Source of the DNA: Fimbriosthenelais zetlandica
Lineage: Eukaryota
Length of the DNA: 64,000 nt
NCBI GenBank assembly: GCA_977030845.1
Contig: OZ365111.1
Span: 44,702,001-44,766,000, forward strand
Direction of reading: 5' to 3'
Part shown: piece by piece, positions 36,915-49,544 of the stretch
How the letters are laid out: the number at the start of each line of letters is the position of its first letter
Position numbering within the stretch: position 1 is the stretch's first letter
Notes under the pieces: generated by a model
The model's database searches: none
Told to the model about the DNA's origin: nothing
The model's input: only the letters and a program-made list of their open reading frames with translations
Translations under genes and position numbers: made by a program

Positions 36915-36989
36915 GTCTTGATGGCCGAGTGGTGTTGGTCTTGAGATCCAATGGTGGTTGCAAGTGTGTGTTCAAATCCTGCTGTTGGC
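36915..36989 (+). pseudogene. tRNA-derived cassette, copy 3 (right arm of palindrome 1)
   Basis: GATGGCCGAGTGGT-GTTGGTCTTGAGATCCAATGG...GTTCAAATCC closely resembles the tRNA-Leu(UAA)-type pattern GATGGCCGAGTGGTTAAGGCGTTGGACTTAAGATCCAATGG (from memory), with a D-arm deletion. Confidence 0.6.
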
Positions 36990-37000
36990 TTGGTTTTTTC

Positions 37001-37033
<33 letters not shown>

Positions 37034-37324
37034 AACCCTCAATAAAATATGGATTGTCACAATGGATTGTCCAGGCAAATGACAAGGTGCATATATGGAC
37101 TCTTTAGAGGCTTCTTGTCATCATGATGTTTTCAATTTTTTAATTGATGTCATAATTGACATCATAATGATGTCATGGCATCTTTGGGTAAAAAATGGAA
37201 AAAATGCTTCACACATGTGAGGGATGGACAAATACATCCAAATATAAAATATTGTGAAAATCCATATTTTATTAAGGGTGTTCATTAAAAATAAAATTTT
37301 TTTAAAAATATGGCAAAAAAACAA

Positions 37325-37399
37325 GCCAACAGCAGGATTCGAACCCACACTTGCAACCACCATTGGATCTCAAGACCAAGTCATTATACCTCTAGGCTA
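37325..37399 (-). pseudogene. tRNA-derived cassette, copy 4 (left arm of palindrome 2)
   Basis: Same sequence as 36819-36893, shifted by 506 bp. Confidence 0.55.
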
Positions 37400-37420
37400 C
37401 AAGCCATGCTTGTTTGTGGA

Positions 37421-37495
37421 GTCTTGATGGCCGAGTGGTGTTGGTCTTGAGATCCAATGGTGGTTGCAAGTGTGTGTTCAAATCCTGCTGTTGGC
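37421..37495 (+). pseudogene. tRNA-derived cassette, copy 5 (right arm of palindrome 2)
   Basis: Same sequence as 36915-36989, shifted by 506 bp. Confidence 0.55.
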
Positions 37496-37506
37496 TTGGT
37501 TTTTTC

Positions 37507-37539
<33 letters not shown>

Positions 37540-37828
37540 AACCCTCAATAAAATATGGATTGTCACAATGGATTGTCCAGGCAAATGACAAGGTGCATAT
37601 ATGGACTCTTTAGAGGCTTCTTGTCATCATGATGTTTTCAATTTTTTAATTGATGTCATAATTGACATCATAATGATGTCATGGCATCTTTGGGTAAAAA
37701 ATGGAAAAAATGCTTCACACATGTGAGGGATGGACAAATACATCCAAATATAAAATATTGTGACAATCCATATTTTATTAAGGGTGTTAATTAAAAACAA
37801 AAAATTAAATTATCGGCAACAAAAAAAA

Positions 37829-37910
37829 GCCAACAGCAGGATTCGAACCCACACTTGCAACTACCATTGGATCTCAAGACCAAGACCTTAACCCTCTGAG
37901 CCATGCTAGA
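37829..37910 (-). pseudogene. tRNA-derived cassette, copy 6
   Basis: A box TGGCTCAGAGG followed by GTTAAGG, arm TTGGT-CTTGAGA-TCCAA, B box GGTTCGAATCC, T-run terminator. Confidence 0.6.
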
Positions 37911-38632
37911 CACATGCATGGCTTGTAGCCCACTGATGAGAAGTAACTCAGGGTGGTTTGGGCTCAAGATTTCAATTCCATATGGTTCCACTGGTTTTCC
38001 TACCCCCATTAACATGACCACAAGTGAAATGAAATATCTGTAATTGCAGCAATTACATGATGACTAGTTATGAAATAAAATTAATATAAAAAGAGGTCAG
38101 TTTTCTGATTATGCGCTAAGCTAACGTCAGGCTAGGTCTAGGCTAGCCAGTATAACCAGCCCTGTCCCTGTCTACCTTGGTAGAGATGGATACTCTGTCT
38201 AGGCCTAGGCCCTACTGTGGTACCGCATTCTGAAATAAAATAGAAAAAAATGTGAGTCGAATTATTATATATTAATTATAATATGTATTGTTTATACAAA
38301 CCGTCTTCCAAATTATTCTCCTCATAGCCTATACAATAGGCCTAATAATCCATTGCCCATTAAACCTTATAGAGGGCACCACATTTTCTCAGGTGCAGGC
38401 GCGCACCTGCTGAAATTTAACTATCATATCCATCTGTTTACAGAACAAGAACAACGTCGCCCATACATTTCCTATGCATATATTATTAATAGAAAGTATA
38501 AGATATCGGTTAGAACTATTTCAGATTCTATTTTATTCCTGTAAGTGTCATAGAAGCGTTTCCAAAATGCTCCTAAATGCTCTTGAGCGGGAAAAGCCTC
38601 AGCCTGACGACTCATCCGGGCAACCGGCTAGA

Positions 38633-38676
38633 CCACGTGACCTGGTGTTGTTATGGTGGGGAAGGTCCGCCATTTT
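38633..38676 (+). promoter_or_regulatory. TOGARAM1 proximal promoter motifs: E-box and YY1 site
   Basis: CCACGTGAC at 38633-38641 and CCGCCATTTT at 38667-38676, in a locally CpG-rich stretch ~200 bp upstream of ATG 38851. Confidence 0.45.
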
Positions 38677-38850
38677 GGATTAGCTGACAGGTCGAGCCGC
38701 CTCGACTCAACTTTCTCACTGACTATCTCTTCCAGTATGCCACGACTGGTGACCATGCGATGACAGAAGGTAAACAGGGAACTTTTCGGATAGATTTCAT
38801 TTGTTTGATGCCGCTGACTGCTTGTTGTCGTCCTCGACACAACCTGTTTG

Positions 38851-40848
38851 ATGGCTGGCACTGTGGCCAAGTTGGTTTACCCCAGTGGCAGCAGTAACAT
38901 CGGCGATCCGTCATACCTAACACACACCACCGTGGTGGGGACTATGGATGAAGATGATATTGTGAGACTTCTAAATGAACCCAACTTTAACAAACGCTCA
39001 GATGCCTTGGACATCCTTCGTGCATCCGTCCGGAGAAATGGAGGAAGGCTACCCTTTAGTAACAAACTCAATATATTCAAGGGACTTGCTAAGGCACTGG
39101 GTGACAGCAACTGGGACATACGTCACCAAACAATACAACTTATCCATGAGATGTTACCCCAGTTTGGAGAGGACTTGGACTTGTGTATGTCAGTTATTTT
39201 GCCTAAGTTAGTTCCAAATTTAGGAGATAGCAAAATTACCATAAGAAGGGCTGTGATACAGACGCTTCATGTCTACATGAAGTATGCCAATGACATCCAA
39301 AAAATTTTCCGTGCCATAGTTCATTATGGAATTGAAAATAGCGATGCTAGAGTCAGAAAAGAATCAATTGTTTCTTTGCCAATGTTGTTTACGCCTGAAT
39401 TTTCAAGTGAAAATTTCTTTGAGATTGCTCAGGCATTGGCAAAGAGAATGTTGGACAATTCAACGGGTGATGAAAACATGCAGCGATCTGCCTTACTCAC
39501 ATTGGAAAAGATTAAAAAATTGGTTGGGGAACAGACATTTAATTCCTACATTCAGAAACTCTCTCCTCCGCTCCGAAATTATTATTACAAACAGACGGAT
39601 ACTTCCAACTACGAACCAGAGGAGATGGAGGAAAGCAGGATCGCAGGGAGCCCAAAGAAAAGCGCCTTTTCCTTCAGTGGTGGAAACAATTTTACCGCAG
39701 GCTCTCCTTCTTCTAGTCGCAGGACCACCCCAAGTCATGCTGAATATCCTTACTCAAAGGGAAACGACCAGGTTAAACAATCAACTGCATTGCTACATTA
39801 CCAACCCCCAGAAAGCTACAAGTTTGGAATCGTTCCAAGCCAAATCATGGACAGATTGAATGATCAAAATGACTTTAGGTCAAGGGCACAAGCAGTGGAG
39901 GAACTCAAACTTATTGTCATGGATCTACGTGATGTTAGTGAGCTAATGCCTCATATTCTACAGTTTATTGCTTTTCTTAGCAGTTTACTAGAAGACACCA
40001 ATTTTAACATCACAACTTTAACTCTAGATATCTTGGGACTTCTAGTAGATAAATTAAATGGTGGTGTTAAGCCCCATGTGAAACCCTTGGTGCTGGCTCT
40101 GACCAAACGTATGGGAGACAACAAAACAGTTATAAGACAGTCTGTCATGAAAGTTGTAATGCAACTTATGCAGACTTTGTCGCCTAAACCTGTACTCAAT
40201 GCTATCTCAGACAACCTCTCCCATAGAAATTCCAGAGTCAGACAAGAAACTTTGAACATCATCATTGCCTCTCTACTAACTTTCCCAAGTTATGATTTTC
40301 ATCTAGGTTCACTGTGTCAAACTATTGCTCACACTCTCGTAGACCCGAAGCGACAAGTTCGACAAGCCGCATTAGAATGTTTCGCAGTCCTGGCCCAGGC
40401 GATGGGTGCTGGCAAACTTCAACCCCTTGTACAAGCAGTTGATAGTGTAGAATTGGGATATGACGGAGAAGGGGTGATGGCAGCTGTTCAGGCTAGACTA
40501 GCTAGAAGACAATTACCTCGTGTAAATGCTGAGAATCTTGTAGACTACGCCACGCCTGTGCCTACGTCAGGAACAGTTCGGGGTGCCAATTCCATGCCTC
40601 AAGGTGCAGATATTGATTGGATTCTAGCAGCTTCCGGCGGAAGCGGCAACTCAGCTCGCTCAGCCCGGTCAGATAATATGGAACTTGAATCGGTGACATC
40701 TTCAGCCAGATCCACCCCGGCTAGTATGGTCGGGGAAAGTATGAATCAACCACGGAGGTACCTTAGTGCTGGTAAAAATAAGAACCGTCTGCCATGGGAG
40801 ACCAATAATGATGCCACTGATACCAGCAATGGTCACAGTCCCACCACG
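38851..40848 (+). CDS. TOGARAM1: TOG array regulator of axonemal microtubules 1 (crescerin/FAM179B), large first coding exon with TOG1 and TOG2
   Basis: 666 codons of HEAT/TOG repeats (LGDSNWDIRHQ, LVPNLGDSKITIRR, LSHRNSRVRQE, LVDPKRQVRQAALECFAVLAQ, AVQARLARRQLP) matching TOGARAM1; phase-0 donor ACG|GTAGGT at 40849. Confidence 0.9.
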
Positions 40849-41788
40849 GTAGGTCATCAATACATCTTCTAAAATATAGTTGGAATATCGAAGAACGCAA
40901 TACAGTAGAGTATCAGTAAAGCGAACTTTACTGGGACTGATCTATAGTATTGGTGTTCCTATTTCGGGGTGGTTGGTTTAGTGAGTACATTGCTCCCCCC
41001 TTAATTAAACCGACCACCTTTGGGACTGACCTAAAGTGATCTCCATAAGGAGGTGGTCGGTTAAGAGGGGTATTTTAATCATGGGACCAGACGAACATGG
41101 TCGCTTTATTCAGGGGTCGTTCTTCAGCAAGACCTCACTTTTAAATTAAACCGAGTCGCATAGCTGCATTTATAATAGTTAGTCTTTACCTCTGAGCTCA
41201 TGATTACACAAATCCAGCACTGCATGTACATGTTGCATAATTCCAGCAAAAATTCTAAACAGTGTGTGTTGCTGTTATGGCTTGTCATAACACACTACCA
41301 ATTTCATTTTTACATGGCTTGCCCTCTTTCTAAACTAAAGGTTAAATTAATATATTTATTATTTCTAAAATGGTGTATTTCTGATGCGTCTTAAATAGTC
41401 ACTAATCATTGTGTGTTGTTCAGTAGATATTGAGCATATGCTGCTATAACCCAATAACTTTCATGAACTAATCTTATGCCATCAATCGTCCCACATGATA
41501 TAATACACATGGGCTCAGGTAACTTATTATGTAATCGGTATCTTTTTACCAGCCTCAGAGGTGGGAATGGGAAGACTTCCTTGTGCCTAAAAGAAAGGTA
41601 ACTTCAATGAATATTCCTCACTTTTATATATCTAATATAATATGGCAGTTTCCTTTTCTAGACACGCTTCTTAGCTTGCTAAAGTGGTGATGGTGAAGTT
41701 TAGCTTATTATATTAGCTTTTTGCAGAGATCTATCTATGTGTAAAGTTTTAGAATCCTGCACATGCTAATTGTACTTTCCATATTTGG

Positions 41789-41941
41789 CACTATTTGCCG
41801 GAGTATAAACCGCACCTGACTATAAATCGCATCCCCTAGCCACTGCTTTGTATCGAATTCCATATAGCTTCGAATCGTTATATTAACCGCAGGCCACGAT
41901 TGTTTGGGAAAAATTCGCGGTTTATACTCCGGCAAATACGG
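41789..41941. mobile_element. ~150-bp pogo/Tigger-like MITE in TOGARAM1 intron 1
   Basis: 22-bp perfect IR TATTTGCCGGAGTATAAACCGC (41792-41813) / GCGGTTTATACTCCGGCAAATA (41917-41938). Confidence 0.7.
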
Positions 41942-44900
41942 TTATTAATTCTAAAATAATAGCATCATTTTAAATTCCAGATATTTGGTCCCTATAGCAA
42001 AAATATTTTAGATTAAATTCCCTTAACTGGTCTTATCTCTAAATAGTTTTTGAAACTTTCTTACAAGTACTTAGTAGCGAGCTTTATTTTCACATTTTGA
42101 AAGTCTGTACGCCGTCTTTCTTTTCTATCTTCTATATTCTTTGCATCAACATTTTTATAGGCAATCAGCCTTTTCTATAGAGCTGCTGTTTTCTTTGCAT
42201 CAACATTTTTATATTACTTTGACTATCAGTATCCTATTGTTATGCACTTCGTACATAATAGAATTTAAATTAATTTGCACACATCTCGTCTTACTCTGCT
42301 TAACTAAAAATTTTAAAGTCAAATTCCCTTGACTGAATAACACAAACATGTTATAGTACACATTTTAGTGTAAACTGCTAACTAGCTTTCTACTGTACAT
42401 TCGTCTGGCTACTCGGTCCACTCAGTTGTTTTCAGGTCACGAACCTATCTGACTTGGAACAATAGTAAAATCTACAATGCTAATTGATCAGACAATGAAT
42501 CTACCACCTCTAACTGTTGCCCAGCAACAAACTGTTGCTCATAAGATTTCAATGCTTATTAAATCAAGGAAAATGCCGAAGGAAATTAAATGAGAATTAT
42601 CTTTGGTATAGTGTAAATTAGCATGTTTTCATGTACATAGGCCTACTGGTCACTGAATAGTGGAAAGTGTAATATTACTATACTAATAACTTGTTCAGTT
42701 CGCTCAAAACATTTTCCTTAGCCACGTGTATTGCAAATCCGGATTAGTTTTCATATGGATATGTCAGTGCAAGTATGGACCGGCTATGAATCGGTTTATG
42801 AAACATGCCCCAGGTGTTAATATCATTACACACCTGAGCTGTCCAGCCCTATAGGCAGCCACCCTATCCTTCCCAGGAGATGGCTAGTGTGGGTTACCAC
42901 CCCCAGCAGGGGGGCGAGGCATATAATATTCTGACCGTAACTGTGAAACCCTTGTCACCAATCATGTTATTATGCTTTTAATTTCCTTTCACATGGTGCT
43001 GAAGCCATTTACTACCTATTCTCTAAATACTAATTGATGATTAACTTCTATTATTTTCAGTCGTTATTTCCTAAATGGATACATGAATGAATGGCTAACC
43101 CAGGTGCATCTGCATGTGCAATCCAAGTACATGAAAAAATTTGTTCAGAGATGTGGGATTAATCCAAAATTAGGTCATAATTGACTTACTAATTATAGAT
43201 AATGAAGAGATTAAAATATTGTCAATATCCCATATCCAACTGAATAGTGTTGAGGAAGATTTGCACTCAAATCTCAAAGCATCATACAATTAACATTACA
43301 AATGTAGGCTTAAGCATTAGGGCCATGTCACTGGAAATCTGAATGGTAGAAATTTGACAAGTTGGAACAGTTCCTATTTTAAATAATTAATCCGTCACAT
43401 TTTCTTGTCTGGTTATAGACAGAAACAAAGAGAGGCATGCAATACTCAACCACAATAAGAATTCATAAAATCATGACAAGTAATATGGGAAACGATTGGT
43501 TGGATTTGGTTCATAATTGCAATCCGCAGATTTAGACAGATTAGCTTAATACGTGAAAATATATGGACAGGCTTTTTAATATTTAGCAGTCGCAAGGGCT
43601 TTATATCCTATTAAATTCTGTCTTGAGAGCTTCGGGGGGTATTTCACCTCATGCCCTCACACCCCTCCCTCTATTGTTCCCTCTATTGTTTTCTCAAGCT
43701 TTAAGTGCCTTTCATTGTAGGCTACTAACAGGCTACCATATTGGGGTTATGTTTATGGTGAACATGCTATGACTGTTATGTTCATGGATTCAATGGAGAA
43801 GGGCTAAGAGACTTAGCGAGCTGTATTACAATTTACAAAGAACTTCTCTTCAGACCTGTATAGTCGCATAATCAAGATTTAAATACTTTTAGTTCTGATA
43901 TTAGAATCCTGCTGTGTATTGAAAAAAATAATCTTAAAATCCTGTTTTCACATTAAATGATTTACATGTAATAATTAGAATCCAATTTCTGTTGGGGCTT
44001 TGAAATGGAAATGCCAATCATTATATGATTTATTGACATGTAATGACGTTTAAAGACTGAGAAAATTAGACTTTTAAATCTTTGAGGTAACATTACATAT
44101 TTCCATGTCCATTAAACAATGATGTCACAGTGTTATTTAACACCTGGGTGTGGCCATAACACCTAGCTGTCAACTATACATTATCATCTATGGACACTGT
44201 CTATGGATCATGACATAAGACATGTGCCCCCGCCCCGCATGACTCCCCTTTATCATATAGAATCAAATATTATTATATATATATATAGATACTGTTTTCT
44301 GTCAATTTCCCCATACCTGCCATATGTGGATGTATTACAGAATACTTCGCTTTCTACTCGTCAAGGCTTTAGAAGTATAATTCCGTATAGTCTATCTAGA
44401 GAGTAAGGTGAATGGGTTCCAAGTGGCTATAGGCAGGAATTGATTTGTTTGATCGACCCCCAGCTGTGCCCCTCTCTCTCTTTGTCTTTGTACTTTGGTT
44501 TCTCAGTGCTTATTACCTTGTCCTATATATATATATCACTAAAATTCCAGGCCTTCTAGGCCTATACCAGGGCATGATCGATGAAATATTGTTATGAGAT
44601 TATTGGATTCTAAAATTAATTTTCTTTTTCCTCTGGTTAGCTTTATCCAGATTACAATCCATATACGATATAGTTCCTGTCCATTTGATTTTAGTTTACC
44701 CGAGCCCCCCGCCATATATAAAAGTAAATTTATGTAGAAATAATTTTGAATATTGGGGTACACTTTTTTTAACGTAATTCATGGAATAAGATTTTGTCTA
44801 CATATTGAATTGCTTCGATCTGATATATGCCCCCCCCCCCCCCCCCCCAATTTTTGTTTGTGCGTAGAGTTGAGATTATTGTAAATCAAAGAGAACTTCT

Positions 44901-47900
44901 GCCATCAGAGCTACTTTATGGAACAGACCACTGGCCTCTAAGTTAACTACTTTATAGTCTTACCTGTTACTCTTCTGTCTTTGATTCTTACATTCACAAA
45001 GCTTTGTGGCAGTACTCTTTCTGGTCCCAGAATATTATCCGACCATGGCATGCTTTATAATAATATAACTGCTGTCCTGCACCATTTTTCTGGTATATAT
45101 TATAATATATTTTGGTATTGCAGTGGTCAATAATCGCTTACAAACTTAGGAGCCATAAAATGATAATGTAAAATTTGGATTATCTTTCTAATTCTGACTG
45201 TCATTCGTTGACCAACCGTTTTCATATCATTCATTGATTTAGCAACATATTAATAAATGTAAACATCTGTACTTGAGTGTGTATGTAAGATATGGATTAA
45301 TATACCATACAAGCACCTATACTAGACTAGGATATAGATATACCTAGTATGATATGTTCATCAATAATGGACGGAACCTTATAGGCTTTATTTATGAATG
45401 TATTTACACTACTGGGTGCGTCATCTACTCCTTGATCAATGACTCCATACAATACTGTCTGAGTAAGCCTACAGGAGCAGTTGGCGTCAATTTCCCAATA
45501 CAAAATTACCTCATTTTTTACCTGTAAAATGCAGCAAAATTAATTGATTTCAGGGAAGGACATTGTACAAAACATAATCAGTTTCCATAGATAATACTAG
45601 TCTTCATTCAATTCCACGGCCCACTCTTTCTCTAAGATCTGAATCCTTGAAAAAGTCAATTAAGTAAGAATACTGGACTGGATTCTTATCTTCAGAAGAC
45701 ATCATTATTTCTACCGTGCACCTGAGTTTTCTCAACCTAATTTAATCCTCAAACATCAGAAACCAAAATATTATAGACACAACAGGTTCGAATCCCATTA
45801 TATCCAGTGGGTAATGGTATTCACATGTTGCCGATGTTATATCTACCCAATCATCATTTAGGTTAAGTCTTATATAAGGTGAAATCGGTAATGATTAGTG
45901 GACATCATTAACTGTGATCATGACCTAACATTGATATTGATCCAGACTGGAGAGTGATTTACTGCCATCTTTAGTTCTCACTATACATGAATTCATGGAT
46001 TACTTTACTAATCAGGGGTTTGACCTATTGAATATTTATGCGAGAAGTGGATGATTAGGTCTACCATGATGTATACCTTGAACAAGTTCTACACACAACA
46101 AGTAACACTTTACGAACATGTGTATACTGCATACATGTAGTCTCAAGTCTGTATACATGGGCTATCTCTTTTGCATAACTACACTGACTCTATAATTACT
46201 TTGCCTTATTAGTCCTGTCCAAACATAATTAATACCCTAAGTTTCAACATGATTTGGTCATAGAAGGGTTTAAAATTAATATGTATGCAGTAGAATGGGA
46301 TGTTTTGATGACTAGAGCAGTTCCACCAAAGGTGGCAAGCCTTAACCTAAGGGGCTGGAATAAGAACATTCCAAGTCTTAATATGCGTACAAATTATTGT
46401 CACACATCTATTTTTCCTAGAAGAATTTCCCTAGCCGTTATATAACATAATATAATATGGATTGCTCGGAAAGACTATTGCAGTACCTGTGCCTACAGAA
46501 GCACAGAATAATGAGTTAATTTGTAGCTGTTACTTAGTATTAATGTTTTACCTCGGGGCCTCGTGCTCCCAGTCAACACCATTTCTAACTAAAGCCTTCA
46601 AGGTATTCTCCAAGGTCAGGGTCATTGATTAGGGATGTATGTCCACATGATATGGCATGGGTTAATCCTTCCTAAACTAGACTTGCCAAGGCTTAATCCC
46701 CCACTCGATTAAAAATACTCTTTGTCCATTTAGTTAAAATCCAAAGAAGGCAATCATGTTATTTAGAGAACTTATATCCAATAAGCTATGAAACATAGAT
46801 TGAATCTAAATAGGACTTGGTTAACCAAGATAAATGATATGGATTTTTTAATGATAACATTTTATTAGTATACTTATCTCTGAATATTGACCATACAGAT
46901 TGAATATGTTACTCTATAATTGTATATGGGTTGGCTTTTGAAAGAAGAATTTGAAATTTTGATTGAAAGTGGAGTAGCAAGTCAGGTTGGAATGGTTGGC
47001 TGCATGTATTGGCACTCTGACTAGGTGAGCTCACCTGATATAGTTGTAATGTACCAGATGTCGCTGCTTAGTCCATGAGCTAGTCCTACAGCCAGTTCTT
47101 ACTTAACATGTACTAAAGACACCTCAACATTTCATATACATGTACCCATGTTGTAGTGCAATCAGCCATACCATAATACATGATTTACATAATTTAAATG
47201 CACAATCTAGAATATAATATGTACTGAGGAAAAATACTGATATTCATTTGGTTTCTGAAGAACTCAGGGACAACAATCATTTCTCAATTCCAATCTTCTC
47301 AAAATGTATTTGCCTAATAATTTGTTTTTGCTTAGTGACTGATGAACTTACAGTACCAGCTGATAAGGCAATAATTAATCTTAATTAATTATTAAATTCC
47401 TTTCCATTATTCCTGCCTCAACTTTCGGTGCCTTCTTGGACATATATGACGGAGTCTATCCATAATATATAATTTATTAATTTTATTATCTTTGAAGATG
47501 GTCTGTGACATTTTTCATGGATCGGGTTTTCTCTCCCGCCTGTCATTTCTATTGCTCGGGCTGGTAGAGTGGTCCTCGGTGAGGGTTAATATTTGAAGAA
47601 GCCTACTTCTCTGTGAATGCGGTTGTCAGTTTACTTTCCAATGTTGTGCCATACTCTGTTATGACGATACTCTTGAGCTCGGTCCTCAAGTTGATGCGCT
47701 GCCAAAGAACATATCTTTATTTCCACATGAATATTAATTTCTGCTCATTTCTGGACAGGCAGTAATTTTTTGGACCGGGCCAAAGTATTCTATTTTGTTT
47801 TGCATGTCTTCTATGAATGAAATTTGTATGATTAGATAACCCCAGACAGTTCAAATTAGCAATTTATTCTCAGGTGGGTTGTCCAGGTGTTGAATTCTTC

Positions 47901-49387
47901 AGTTCAGTTTACTAAGGGTTGCATCCGGGGTATTTTAGATTAGTACAGTGGTCATCAATGGACAGTGGCCAGAGACGCCGCTGAGGTGCTCACGCAATCC
48001 ACAGGAGATGTAGCTATAAATATTCTATATCACCCAATGCTGTATTAATCAATATATAAGTATTGTAGCTTCCAGTAAATTAGGTTAGAATAAGGTCTAT
48101 AACCTCAAGATGCTCACACACCATCGTTTATGATTGGCACTGAGCCGTCTTGGAATGAAAGGGAAAAACAATGTTCTGATTCATGCAGTTATGGTCCGAC
48201 TGGCACGCACGTAATTCCCACGAAAGGAAGGGATTTTTGTCTGGTAGATCTACACTGGAGGTGTCCCAGACTGCTCTCTTATCTGCTTTCAAGATGTGTA
48301 TGTTCAAATATTTATAAAATAATGAAAGCAATTAGGGAGAAAATTGTCCCCAAAACGCACGCCATATTTTACTTTCTGGGATCCTTCACTTGCTGTCATT
48401 TATGAACTTTAAAAAACGTATCTTATTGCAGATGTCAGATCTCGCACCCACGCCCCCTTCTCTCTCTAAATTTCAGATCACCTTTTATGATTACCATGTA
48501 TTCCCAACGGCTGACTGTAGTCTCATTGCCTGATATGAGTCAGATCAGGTACTGGTTGAAAAGTTTAAATTAAATGAATTATTGATGCGCAGTAGAATGC
48601 CAGACCCATTTTGTTAACTGGTGGGTTTTCTTACATATCTTTAACATTGAACTGCTTAGGAATCGTGTATTGGTAATAATGATAGCCCTCAGTCCTCCCG
48701 AGTCAGATGGTAAAATGCTTGTTTATGACATTCCTGTGGTGAAGCCTCTGGTAATGATCAGTCTATATATATAGGCTTTTGGTGAAGGTTTGTGCTGGGA
48801 AGGAGTTGAAGCCAAGTCTCGTCAATAATTCAGCTAGAACACAAGGATACGGTTTGGAGTCTAGTATGAGATGCTCACTGGTAAATGGGTCATGACGTCA
48901 ACCTAAGGTATTTTCAGGATTACATCGGAAGACGAGGTTAGATGCAAAATCAATTTTTGCGGAGATTGGATTCTCAAAGAATAGGAAGCAACCGCACTGT
49001 ACAATGCCTCCTTCATTATTAAAACTAAAAGCTTAAATTTTCATGTATTCATAATGGAGAACTGTTTTCAAAACACTTGAATGCATAATATGATATACAC
49101 TCATGCAGCTTTCTATTTCAATTTGGTTTCTCTTCATCCATTCTTTGGTTGTTACTGGTAAAATTTCATTCTTTTCATTCATTTCACTCAATTGTCACAC
49201 TTCAATTTACAAATCTGTATTAAATCGGCATTTTCCTTATTGCGCTTGTACATTCAAGATTTCCCTTTCAGAATCTTGAAATATTTACGCTATATACCTC
49301 ATAACATCCACTGATCATTATTTTCTTATAAGAATACATCACTAAAGATAGACAAATCGCATTAATTTAAACATACTTTATTTTCAG

Positions 49388-49544
49388 CCGAAGGAAAGCT
49401 CTCCCTTGAAGCCCCGTACAACATGGGGAGGCGAAGAGATGAGCAGATCTCTCAAATCAGATGCGGACAAAAAGAAATCTTTTTCACGCCATCAAACATT
49501 TGGCCATGGTCGACCCAACTCCCGTGATCCCTCGCCAGACACAG
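49388..49544 (+). CDS. TOGARAM1: TOGARAM1 exon (linker), phase 0-1
   Basis: TTTTCAG|CCG ... ACA G|GTAAGT; PKESSPLKPRTTWGGEEMSRSLKSDADKKKSFSRHQTFGHGRPNSRDPSPDT; phase fits exon 1. Confidence 0.7.

Larger units (their letters stand above)
35459..37970. repeat. Complex tandem/inverted array of a ~900-bp transposon-like unit carrying a tRNA-derived cassette
   Basis: Unit start GGCTTAAAATCGACTTTCTA at 35459 and 36367 (908-bp period). Partial units recur near 37100 and 37606. Palindromes at 36745-37063 and 37251-37569 (506-bp period). Confidence 0.85.

Noticed and set aside
36058-37910. Functional tRNA genes (Ser/Thr/Leu)
   Set aside because: T-stem, acceptor stem and variable arm pair poorly, the anticodon stem has a T-T mismatch and the plus copies lack part of the D arm. 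Called tRNA-derived instead.
35459-37970. CRISPR-like appearance of recurring palindromic units
   Set aside because: Eukaryotic context, units are hundreds of bp long, there are no unique spacers of regular length and no cas genes.
42902-42916. CTCF-like CCAGCAGGGGGGCG
   Set aside because: One extra G breaks the motif register; single isolated hit.
45785-45795. B-box GGTTCGAATCC suggesting a tRNA or SINE
   Set aside because: No upstream A box or cloverleaf arms.
47600-48540. Possible extra exons or a nested gene in TOGARAM1 intron 1 (ORFs at 48128-48405, acceptor at 48431)
   Set aside because: No matching donor with consistent phase and no recognisable protein; exon 1 joins 49388 in phase without them.
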